Part shown: in pieces, positions 1-7,700 of the stretch
Layout of the letters: each line of letters begins with the position of its first letter
Position numbering within the stretch: position 1 is the stretch's first letter
Source: an uncultured Gemmatimonadota bacterium
GTDB lineage: Bacteria > SM23-81 > DAOVCL01
Direction: 5' to 3'
Length of the DNA: 11,063 nucleotides
NCBI GenBank assembly: GCA_964626665.1
Contig: CAZVGK010000056.1
Location: forward strand, 1 to 11,063
Translations under genes and position numbers: made by a program
The notes under the pieces: model-generated
The model's input: the letters and a program-made list of their open reading frames with translations, nothing else
Database searches by the model: none
What the model was told of the DNA's origin: nothing

Positions 1-28
1 AACTGGATCAGCTTCAGTCAGAAGGCCC

Positions 29-36
29 GTTAGCAA
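29..36 (-). other. Candidate integron-like inverse core site (R'', TTGCTAAC on minus strand), possible start of an attC-like site running off the window
   Basis: Plus strand 29-36 reads GTTAGCAA, 9 nt past the TAG stop of ORF 46..1197. It is the exact reverse complement of the 8-mer at 1224-1231. It deviates from strict RYYYAAC, and the rest of the putative attC lies outside the window. Confidence 0.35.
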
Positions 37-45
37 CAATTTTGA

Positions 46-1197
46 CTACGCCACCTTTTTTGATAGTTCTATCAACTCACGTTCAGCTTCACTTTTACTT
101 GGAATAAAACGTATTGCAATTTTAGTTAATACAGTTTCAAGATCACCATCAATCGTTTCTTCAATATATTTATCAATTTCCTCTTTAGGTATCTTAACTT
201 CGTGGGATATTTCTTTTAAACTATCTCTAGTTTTAGGTCCTAATTCACTAATTATCCTTGTTATTTCCTGTGCTTCACTATTGAATCCAAATTGGCTATA
301 AATTGCATGTACCTTTTGTAACCAAGATGATGCTAATAAAGGTTCTGCCTTTTTAGATACTCCCTTATAAGCTTCACCAATGCTTATTACAACCCTTCTT
401 AGATCATCATTTTTATTATTACGTCTATAATAATCTGCAAGATCTAGAGATAATGTTTCAATAGCAAAAGGGTTCTTACTTTCAGCTTGATTTAATTTCT
501 GCCATCTTTTTTCTAGGTCCCCAATAATCTTGTTTTCTAAGTCCTGCGGCAATTTAACTTTTTTATTTTTAACTAATATTCTATAAGCAAAACCCCATGT
601 TCCAGGCTTATTATCTTCTTGGATTTTTTGTTCATATTTAATTATTGTTTCTGTTAATTTTCTTAACCTAGCATCATCATTTAAAGCTAACGCTAAACTA
701 ATAGCTCTCTCTAATTTAGTTATTACAAAAATATCGTATTTGTATAAGTCCTTTTCGGCTACTTCTATTGTGTTGTCAATAACCATGCATGCATATTTAT
801 AATCACATTGCTTTCCAGTTACAATTTTTGAAAAATCCCATACTAAATCTGCATATCTTGTTTTTAAAATTGGATTTTTAGCCTTATCTGCTCTTTTTAT
901 CCAATAAGCAATTATTTCATCTGTTATATTTTTTATACTTGGTGTTTCCGTAACTGTCCCATCTTGATTGGGGATTACCATTAGAGGGCCATAATATGTT
1001 CCCCAACCTGTTTCGTCATTGCTATAATTTTCGGTGAAATCAAATGCCATTACTTCAGGAAGCCATTCATACTCTGGGTTTTTAGAATTATCTTTATCTA
1101 CATTTCTTAAATTATCACTTATTTCATGCTCTGAAAATGGTTCTGTTGAGATATCATATTTTTCAATAATATCAATGAAATTTACTTTATCATTCAT
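46..1197 (-). CDS. Hypothetical alpha-helical protein (383 aa) resembling the N-terminal region of DUF4209-containing proteins; possibly C-terminally truncated
   Basis: Long open ORF in very AT-rich DNA, with RBS-like GAGGC 8 nt upstream of the ATG. The motifs MAFDF..WGTYYGP, IIAYWxxRA..NPILKTRYADLVWD and AIRFIP match my recollection of that family. Confidence is high that it is coding and moderate for the family. Confidence 0.7.
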   Translation of the reverse strand: MNDKVNFIDIIEKYDISTEPFSEHEISDNLRNVDKDNSKNPEYEWLPEVMAFDFTENYSNDETGWGTYYGPLMVIPNQDGTVTETPSIKNITDEIIAYWIKRADKAKNPILKTRYADLVWDFSKIVTGKQCDYKYACMVIDNTIEVAEKDLYKYDIFVITKLERAISLALALNDDARLRKLTETIIKYEQKIQEDNKPGTWGFAYRILVKNKKVKLPQDLENKIIGDLEKRWQKLNQAESKNPFAIETLSLDLADYYRRNNKNDDLRRVVISIGEAYKGVSKKAEPLLASSWLQKVHAIYSQFGFNSEAQEITRIISELGPKTRDSLKEISHEVKIPKEEIDKYIEETIDGDLETVLTKIAIRFIPSKSEAERELIELSKKVA

Positions 1198-1223
1198 ATT
1201 TATTGCCTCGCTTTTATTTTAAT

Positions 1224-1231
1224 TTGCTAAC
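1224..1231 (-). other. Candidate integron-like core site (G/TTAGCAA) at the 5' boundary of the AT-rich gene
   Basis: Minus strand reads GTTAGCAA-attaaaataaaagcGAGGcaataaatATG, with only 26 nt between the site and the start codon. This is the promoterless layout typical of gene cassettes. Confidence 0.4.
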
Positions 1232-1289
1232 CAATTTCGTCCAATTGGGTATTATGACCCGTATTCCGGAAAATCAGTTTTTAGATTCG

Positions 1290-1302
1290 TAACTTATTGA
1301 TT
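1290..1302 (-). promoter_or_regulatory. IHF binding site consensus match
   Basis: Minus strand AATCAATAAGTTA is a perfect match to WATCAANNNNTTR. Confidence 0.55.
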
Positions 1303-1367
1303 TTTAAAGATAAATTTTTCGGATTTTTATGGACTACATTTTTATTGGAGATTATTAAAAAACTGTT

Positions 1368-1380
1368 CAACTGGTTGATA
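1368..1380 (-). promoter_or_regulatory. Second IHF binding site consensus match, same orientation
   Basis: Minus strand TATCAACCAGTTG is a perfect match to WATCAANNNNTTR. Confidence 0.55.
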
Positions 1381-1469
1381 TTATTGTAGTTTTTCATATT
1401 TGATCTTAAATTTTTTCCAGAATGTGGGTTATAACATATCTGTCAGTCTATTTTCGTCTACTACTATTG

Positions 1470-1499
1470 AATATACCAGATCAATAAGTCATCTGTCAA
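1470..1499 (-). promoter_or_regulatory. Sigma70-type promoter directed toward the AT-rich gene
   Basis: Minus strand: TTGACA (1499-1494), 18-nt spacer ending in TGG (extended -10 TGn), TATATT (1475-1470). The plus-strand A6 run at 1501-1506 lies just upstream. Confidence 0.55.
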
Positions 1500-1580
1500 G
1501 AAAAAAGTGAGACTTTTTAACTGAGAACCCCACAAGGGAACTTAACTCCTTCAGTCGCTAACTTCTTCATAGGGTCTCAC

Positions 1581-1657
1581 CGAGTTTTCCCGATGTGCAT
1601 CGGGACTCGAACTGCTCTGCTGTCATCCTTGAATCCCGACCTGAGTCGGGACTTCAA
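1581..1657. repeat. Pair of related REP-like palindromes (TCCCGA-N-TCGGGA)
   Basis: TCCCGAT-gtgc-ATCGGGA (1588-1605, extended by CGAG/CTCG) and TCCCGAC-ctga-GTCGGGA (1634-1651, extended by TTGAA/TTCAA). Confidence 0.6.
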
Positions 1658-1733
1658 ATTTACCCCTACATTTCGGAATTTCTTAGAAAGTCTTGGTATC
1701 ATCTACACCCAGTATTATTTTTGGAAAAAAAGC

Positions 1734-1761
1734 TTGATAAAAAGTCCTCAACCCCTATAAT
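1734..1761 (+). promoter_or_regulatory. Sigma70-type promoter for the M23 peptidase gene
   Basis: TTGATA (1734-1739), 16 nt, TATAAT (1756-1761). A-tract upstream. AAGGAGGAGG Shine-Dalgarno (1769-1778) before the TTG start at 1780. Confidence 0.7.
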
Positions 1762-1779
1762 AGGCCTAAAGGAGGAGGT

Positions 1780-3972
1780 TTGATCAAGAAGCTTGGTTTA
1801 ATGCTTGTCTTGGTGGTCATTTTTTGGGGAGGTTCCCCCCAGGCTGCAACCTACCTCTGGCCCTTGGGGGCGAAAAGGGGGATTAGTGCCACCTTTGGCG
1901 AGTACAGGGAGGGGCATCTCCATGCCGGGGTCGATTTGAAGACCTGGGGGAGGGAAGGGTATCCGGTATATGCTGTGGCCAAGGGATGGGTTTGGAGGCT
2001 GAAGACATCACCCTGGGGTTACGGTAAGGCCATCTACCTTAAGTTGGAGGATGGAAGGTATGCCGTTTATGGCCATCTCTCGGATTTTGCTCCGCGCATC
2101 AGAATGGTGGTGGAGAGGGAGCAGGAGAAAAGGATGAGGTATTCCGTGGAGATCTTCCCGTCCTCAGGGAAGATTCCGGTAAAAAGAGGGGAGGTAATCG
2201 GCTACTCCGGCTGCACAGGAAAGGGGCCTTCCCATCTCCATTTTGAGCTAAGAGATGGGAAAAATCATCCCATTAACCCCCTGATCTCTGGTCTTCGGGT
2301 GAAGGACAACAGGGCCCCGGTCTTCAAATCGGTCTGCATCGAGCCATTCAGTGATTCCTCCTCAATAGATGGCTTTCCTAAGCCTAAGATCTATGAGTTT
2401 CTACGCCGCGGGGGAATCTACAGGATCAGTGGAGTTCCTCAGATATGGGGGAAGATCGGCCTTGCGATAGATGTGTATGATCTCATCGATGGCTCGGAGA
2501 ACCTCTGTGCGGTTTATGGGTTGGAGCTCTTCTTAGATGGGAAGCTGATCTTTGCCAAGAGATACGATACCTTCTCCTACCTCATTTCCCATCAGGTCTG
2601 GCTTGATTGGGACCTACCCCTTCTGCTTGGGGGGAAGGGGTATTTCTCCAGGCTCTACCTCCTTCCAGGCAATTCCCTCCCCCTCTATTCGCCTACAGGG
2701 TCGCGCGGATTCATCGAGGGGCTAAAGCCAGGCTACCATAAGGTAAAGGTATTGGCCACAGATGTGGCGGGGAATATGTCCCTGCTCTGCTTCACGGTCC
2801 TCGTTGATCTTCCCCCGAAACTGACCAAATTTCAGGTTTCCCCTCAGGGAGTGATAACTTTGGAGGGGAAGGATAGGGATGGGGTGATAAAGGAGGTTAT
2901 CCTGGAGTCCCTCCAGGGAAAGGTTTGGAAGACTGTGGCCAGGGGAGGACCCAATCAGATTTTGCCACTCCCTCAAGGGGAAGGGGGACCTCTGCGGGCC
3001 AAAGCGGTGGATAACTGGGGCGTAGCTTCCCCCTATCATTACCTGTGGCCTGGGGAAGGAAGGAAGGTTAAGGGGAGATCGAATTTTGCGGTTGAGCCCA
3101 CCCCTCACTGGGGCTATATCCTCCTCCGAATCAGGTTGACTCAGCCCTACAGGGAAGAACCCCATCTTTACCTTTCCGACCATAAAATTGCTGACCTTTT
3201 CCCCATCGATCCCCAGGATTACCTGGCCAGTCTCCCTTTGATGGATTCCTGGAAGGGGAAGACAGAGGTCAAGGTGAAGGGAGCTGATCCCCAAGAGGTA
3301 GAGCTGGACACCACGCTCTGGCTTTGGTTTGTTTCGGCCTCAGAGGGAAAGAGGATTGCCACCCCCGGGCTGAGGGTAGATTTCCCTCCCCAGAGTATCT
3401 ACCAGGATATGGTGGTAGCTATTGAGAGGAGCAAGGCCGATACTCCCCCCCTCCTCCCCTGCCTAAAGGGCCCGTGCAAGATCGAGCCAGTGGATATCCC
3501 CTTCGACAGAAAGGTAGAAATATCGGTGGACATCCCCGCTGGAGCCGATACCCTGAGGGCTGGCCTCTACAGCCTGCAAGGGAACAATTGGAAGTGGGTA
3601 AGGGGAAGCAGAAGGAAGGGAAGGGAAATAACCGCCGGGGTCTGGCATTTCTCCACCTATGCGGTCCTCTTAGATACCATCAAGCCCCACATATGGGGTA
3701 TCAAGCCCCCACCTGGCTCCCGCCTGAGGAATAAGAAACCCCTCCTTAAGGCCCGCGTCAAGGACCAGGGCTCGATGATAGGCAGCGATGAAAATGTAAG
3801 GGTTTGGCTCGATGGAAAACGGATCATCGCCGAATGGGACCCAGAAAAGCATTCAGTCCAATATCGGCCCAGAAAGCCTCTCTCACCTGGCCACCATTGG
3901 CTCAAGATCCTAGTGAGGGACAGGGTGGGAAATCAGACGATCCACCGATCGGAATTTTGGATACTGCGATAA
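1780..3972 (+). CDS. Secreted M23-family zinc metallopeptidase (peptidoglycan endopeptidase-like) with long C-terminal beta-rich/Ig-like extension, 730 aa
   Basis: Signal peptide MIKKLGLMLVLVVIFWGGSPQA. M23 motifs HxxxD (HAGVD), GYG, YGHL, GEVIGYSG and HLHFE. Repeated D..(A/K/P)P and DxxGN(M/Q) motifs typical of bacterial Ig-like modules. Confidence 0.9.
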   Translation: MIKKLGLMLVLVVIFWGGSPQAATYLWPLGAKRGISATFGEYREGHLHAGVDLKTWGREGYPVYAVAKGWVWRLKTSPWGYGKAIYLKLEDGRYAVYGHLSDFAPRIRMVVEREQEKRMRYSVEIFPSSGKIPVKRGEVIGYSGCTGKGPSHLHFELRDGKNHPINPLISGLRVKDNRAPVFKSVCIEPFSDSSSIDGFPKPKIYEFLRRGGIYRISGVPQIWGKIGLAIDVYDLIDGSENLCAVYGLELFLDGKLIFAKRYDTFSYLISHQVWLDWDLPLLLGGKGYFSRLYLLPGNSLPLYSPTGSRGFIEGLKPGYHKVKVLATDVAGNMSLLCFTVLVDLPPKLTKFQVSPQGVITLEGKDRDGVIKEVILESLQGKVWKTVARGGPNQILPLPQGEGGPLRAKAVDNWGVASPYHYLWPGEGRKVKGRSNFAVEPTPHWGYILLRIRLTQPYREEPHLYLSDHKIADLFPIDPQDYLASLPLMDSWKGKTEVKVKGADPQEVELDTTLWLWFVSASEGKRIATPGLRVDFPPQSIYQDMVVAIERSKADTPPLLPCLKGPCKIEPVDIPFDRKVEISVDIPAGADTLRAGLYSLQGNNWKWVRGSRRKGREITAGVWHFSTYAVLLDTIKPHIWGIKPPPGSRLRNKKPLLKARVKDQGSMIGSDENVRVWLDGKRIIAEWDPEKHSVQYRPRKPLSPGHHWLKILVRDRVGNQTIHRSEFWILR

Positions 3973-3991
3973 CAAAGCTAACCTCTTTATG

Positions 3992-4096
3992 AACACGAAT
4001 AGCACGGATATACAAATTTCACGAATGGAAATGGAACTTATTCATCCATAAATCCGCTAAAATTCGGGATATTCGTCCATCGGTGTAATTCGTGTT
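3992..4096. repeat. Inverted pair of 9-nt-period tandem repeat arms (CACGAAT / ATTCGTG type)
   Basis: AACACGAAT-AGCACGGAT (3992-4009) versus the reverse complement of 4079-4096, AACACGAAT-TACACCGAT: 15/18, with the outer 9 bp perfect. Further degenerate units TTCACGAAT, ATTCGGGAT and ATTCGTCC. Confidence 0.65.
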
Positions 4097-4115
4097 TTAG
4101 AGTATACTATTACAG

Positions 4116-4775
4116 ATGATACCCTTAAAGGACGAAAACCCTACCTATACCTTCCCCTGCGTTACCATAGGGATAATCATCTTGAACCTTCTGTTCTTCC
4201 TCTACCAGCTCTCCTGGGGAAAGGGGTTGATCCTGAGATTGGGGGCAATCCCTTATGAGATAACCAATGGGGTGGATATATTTCCCCTCTCACCAATCCC
4301 TGTTCGCCTTACCCCCTTCACCTCTATGTTTATGCACGCGGGACTTCTCCACATCGGGGGGAATATGCTTTATCTTTGGATATTTGGGGACAATGTAGAG
4401 GAAGGGTTGGGACATCTCAGGTTTATCTTCTTCTACCTGGGCTGTGGATTGGCGGCAGATGGGCTCCAGATCCTTACCAACCCCGCCTCGCAGGTCCCGA
4501 TGATTGGGGCCAGTGGGGCCATTGCCGGGGTATTGGGCGCTTATTTAGTTAGGTTCCCCCGGGCAAGGGTTTTAACCCTGGTTATATTTGGCTTCTTCAT
4601 CCGTTTGGTGAGGGTCCCAGCCTTCCTCTTGTTGGGCTTTTGGTTTTTTATCCAGCTTCTCAACGGGATCCCCAACTTAGGAGGAAGATTTGGAGGAGGA
4701 GTGGCCTGGTTCGCCCATATAGGTGGATTTACCGCGGGTTTAATTGGGGCAAAGCTCTTAAGGAAGAGAGGGTAA
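4116..4775 (+). CDS. Rhomboid family intramembrane serine protease, 219 aa
   Basis: Multiple hydrophobic helices, FMHxxxxHIGGNM, catalytic GASGA, and AHIGGF with the catalytic His. N-terminal MIPLKDENP and FGDNVE are typical of this rhomboid subfamily. Confidence 0.95.
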   Translation: MIPLKDENPTYTFPCVTIGIIILNLLFFLYQLSWGKGLILRLGAIPYEITNGVDIFPLSPIPVRLTPFTSMFMHAGLLHIGGNMLYLWIFGDNVEEGLGHLRFIFFYLGCGLAADGLQILTNPASQVPMIGASGAIAGVLGAYLVRFPRARVLTLVIFGFFIRLVRVPAFLLLGFWFFIQLLNGIPNLGGRFGGGVAWFAHIGGFTAGLIGAKLLRKRG

Positions 4776-4776
4776 G

Positions 4777-7700
4777 ATGGCGGCAAAATTCATTCATCTA
4801 CACAATCACACCGATTATAGCCTTTTGGATGGGGCCTGTAAGATAGATGACCTGGTGGCCCAGACCAAGAGGTTTGGTATGCCGGCAGTGGCCATAACCG
4901 ACCATGGCAATATGTTTGGCGCCATAGAGTTTTACAAGAAGGCTATGAATGCAGGTATCAAGCCAATTATCGGCAGTGAGGTCTATGTGGCCCCAGGGGC
5001 AAGAACAGAGAGGTCCTACCCGGGCGGCCTTAGCGAGACCTCCTACCATCTCACCCTTTTGGTCAAGGACTACCAGGGATATAAGAACCTGATAAAGCTC
5101 TCCACCATAGGATACTTAGAGGGATTCTATTATAAACCCAGGGTGGATAAGAAGGCATTAGCCCAGTATGCAGAGGGGTTAATTGCTCTAAGTGGCTGCG
5201 CCAAGGGGGAAATCCCCCGGCTTTTGATCTCCGGCAACTACAAAAAGGCCCAAAGGGTGGCCCAGGAGTATCTCAACATATTCGGGGAGGAAAACTTCTA
5301 CCTCGAGCTGCAGGACCACGGCATAGAGGAGGAGGAGAAGGCCTTAAAGGGGCTCCTCAAGCTCTCCCAGGACTTAGGGATACCCTATGTGGCCACCAAT
5401 GACTGCCACTACCTGAAGAAGGAACATTATAAGGCCCATGACCTGCTCCTCTGCATCCAGACCGGGAAGAAGGTGCATGATGAGGACAGGCTGAAATTCT
5501 CCACCGACCAGATCTACTTCAAGTCCCCCCAAGAGATGGAAAAGCTCTTCTCCTCCCTTCCCCAAGCCCTCTCCAACTCCCTGAAGATCGCTGAGGAGTG
5601 TAACCTGATGCTTGAATTCGACCGGGTTCACCTACCCCACTTCCCTCTGCCCGCAGGCTATCAGGATCTGGGCTCCTATCTGCGGGAACTCTCCCGTCAG
5701 GGGTTAAGGGAGAAGTACCCCCAGGTCACCCCGCAGCTTGCGGAGAGGCTCGACTACGAACTGGGGATAATAGAAAAGATGGGGTTTGCCGGTTACTTTC
5801 TCATCGTCAAGGACCTTATCGATTATGCCCGCAGCCAGGGGATAAGCGTGGGCCCGGGAAGGGGATCGGTGGGGGGAAGCCTAGTGGCCTATTCGCTGGG
5901 GATAACCGAGATCGATCCCATTGGCTATGACCTCCTCTTTGAGAGGTTCCTCAATCCGGAGAGGATCAGTATGCCCGACATCGATATAGACTTCTCGGAC
6001 AGGAATCGGGACAAGGTAATTAAGTATGTGGTGAAAAAGTATGGCTCCAAAAATGTCACCCAGATAATCACCTTTGGCACAATGGCCGCCCGGGCGGTGG
6101 TCAGGGATGTGGGTAGGGTGCTGGATATGCCCTATATGGAGGTGGACAGGATAGCCAAGCTGATCCCCTTTGAACCGGATATGACCCTGAAGAGGGCATT
6201 GGAACAGGTTCCCCCCTTACGGGAGCTGGCCGAGAAGGACCCCCGGGTGCAGGACCTCTTAGAGAATGCCCAGATCCTGGAAGGACTGGCCAGGCATGCC
6301 TCCACCCATGCTGCAGGCGTGGTCATCGCCCCCGCAGAGCTGACCGAATTCGTCCCCCTCTTTCGTCCGGCCAAGGGGGGGGAGGTAACCACCCAGTATG
6401 ATATGAAATCCTTAGAGCAGATAGGGCTATTGAAGATGGACTTCTTAGGCCTGCGCACCTTGACCGTAATCCAGGATACATTGGAGATCGTCGAAAGAAA
6501 TCAAGGTAAGAAGATTGAGGTCAGGGACCTCCCCCTAAATGACAAAAAGACCTTTAAGCTCCTTTCCCGGGGGGATACGGTAGGGATCTTCCAGTTTGAG
6601 AGCTCCGGGATGAGGGATTACCTCCGCAAGCTCAAACCAGAAAAGATTGAGGATATGATCGCCATGAATGCCCTCTATCGGCCCGGCCCATTGGGTTCGG
6701 AAATGATCGATGACTTCATCCAACGGAAACACGGAAAGAGGAAGGTAACCTATCCCCATCCCCTCTTGGAGCCCATCCTCAAGGAGACCTATGGGGTGAT
6801 AGTCTATCAAGAGCAGGTGATGAGGATCGCCAGTGATATGGCCGGCTTCAGCCTGGGAAAGGCGGACATCCTCCGGCGGGCTATGGGCAAGAAACTCACC
6901 GAGATGATGATCGAACAGAGGGAGGAGTTCATCAAGGGGGCCCTGTCCAAGGGGGTAAAGAAGGAGGTGGCCGATGCGGTCTTCGATCTTATGGCCCATT
7001 TTGCCGGTTATGGCTTCAACAAATCCCATAGCACAGGCTACGCATTGGTGGCCTACCAAACAGCTTGGTTAAAAGCCCATTACCCTGTGGAGTTTATGGC
7101 CGCTTCCCTCTCCAGCGAGATGGGCAACTCGGACCGGGTGGTTATCCTCCTCAACGAATGTAAGAGGATGGGAATTGAGGTTCTTCCTCCAGCCATCAAC
7201 CGGAGCTTTGACCGCTTCTGGGTGGAAGGGAAGAGGATCTTCTTTGGCTTAGGGGCGGTGAAGAATGTGGGGCATAAAGCCGTGAGCTCCATAGTGAAGG
7301 CCAGGGAGGAAGGTGGTGAGTTCAAGGACCTCTTCGACTTCTGCGAGAGGGTTGACCTGCGGTTGGTGAACCGGAGAATGATCCAGAGCCTCATCCAGGC
7401 GGGGGCAATGGATTCCCTTAAGGGGCACCGCGCACAAAAGGTGAGTGCTGTGCAACAGGCAATGGATTGGGGGCAGAAAAGCAGTAAGGATAGGGCCAAG
7501 GGCCAGACAAGCCTTTTTGGTGGAGGGGAGGAACTCTTTGCCCCTCCGGAGCTCCCCCAGGTGGAGGAGTGGCCCCAAAGCTATCTGCTCTCCAGGGAAA
7601 AGGAAGTATTGGGATTTTTCGTCTCCGGTCATCCACTGGAGAGATATGAAAGTGAACTGAAAAGATACGCAAACCATACAGCCCAGAGCCTCCAGGAGTG

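Larger units (their letters stand above)
1252..1434. mobile_element. 183-bp non-coding module bounded by 22-bp imperfect inverted repeats (MITE-like, invertible, or att-type element)
   Basis: Left end 1252-1273 TTATGACCCGTATTCCGGAAAA versus the reverse complement of 1413-1434, TTATAACCCACATTCTGGAAAA: 18/22 identical. No annotated ORF inside. Confidence 0.6.

Noticed and set aside
1034-1222. 62-aa plus-strand ORF
   Set aside because: Antisense shadow of the 383-aa gene, with no RBS or recognisable motif.
1234-1262. ATTTCGTCCAA-TTGGGTA-TTATGACCCGT as a dif/pdif (XerC/XerD) site
   Set aside because: The spacer would be 7 nt rather than 6, and the XerD arm does not match TTATGTTAAAT beyond TTATG.
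1507-1580. GTGAGAC/GTCTCAC inverted repeat enclosing a GCTAAC, considered as an attC or MITE
   Set aside because: Only 7 bp, the interior pairs poorly, and there is no matching GTT core at the proper position.
1595-1783. 62-aa ORF upstream of the M23 gene
   Set aside because: Runs through palindromic repeats and the M23 promoter; no coding signature.
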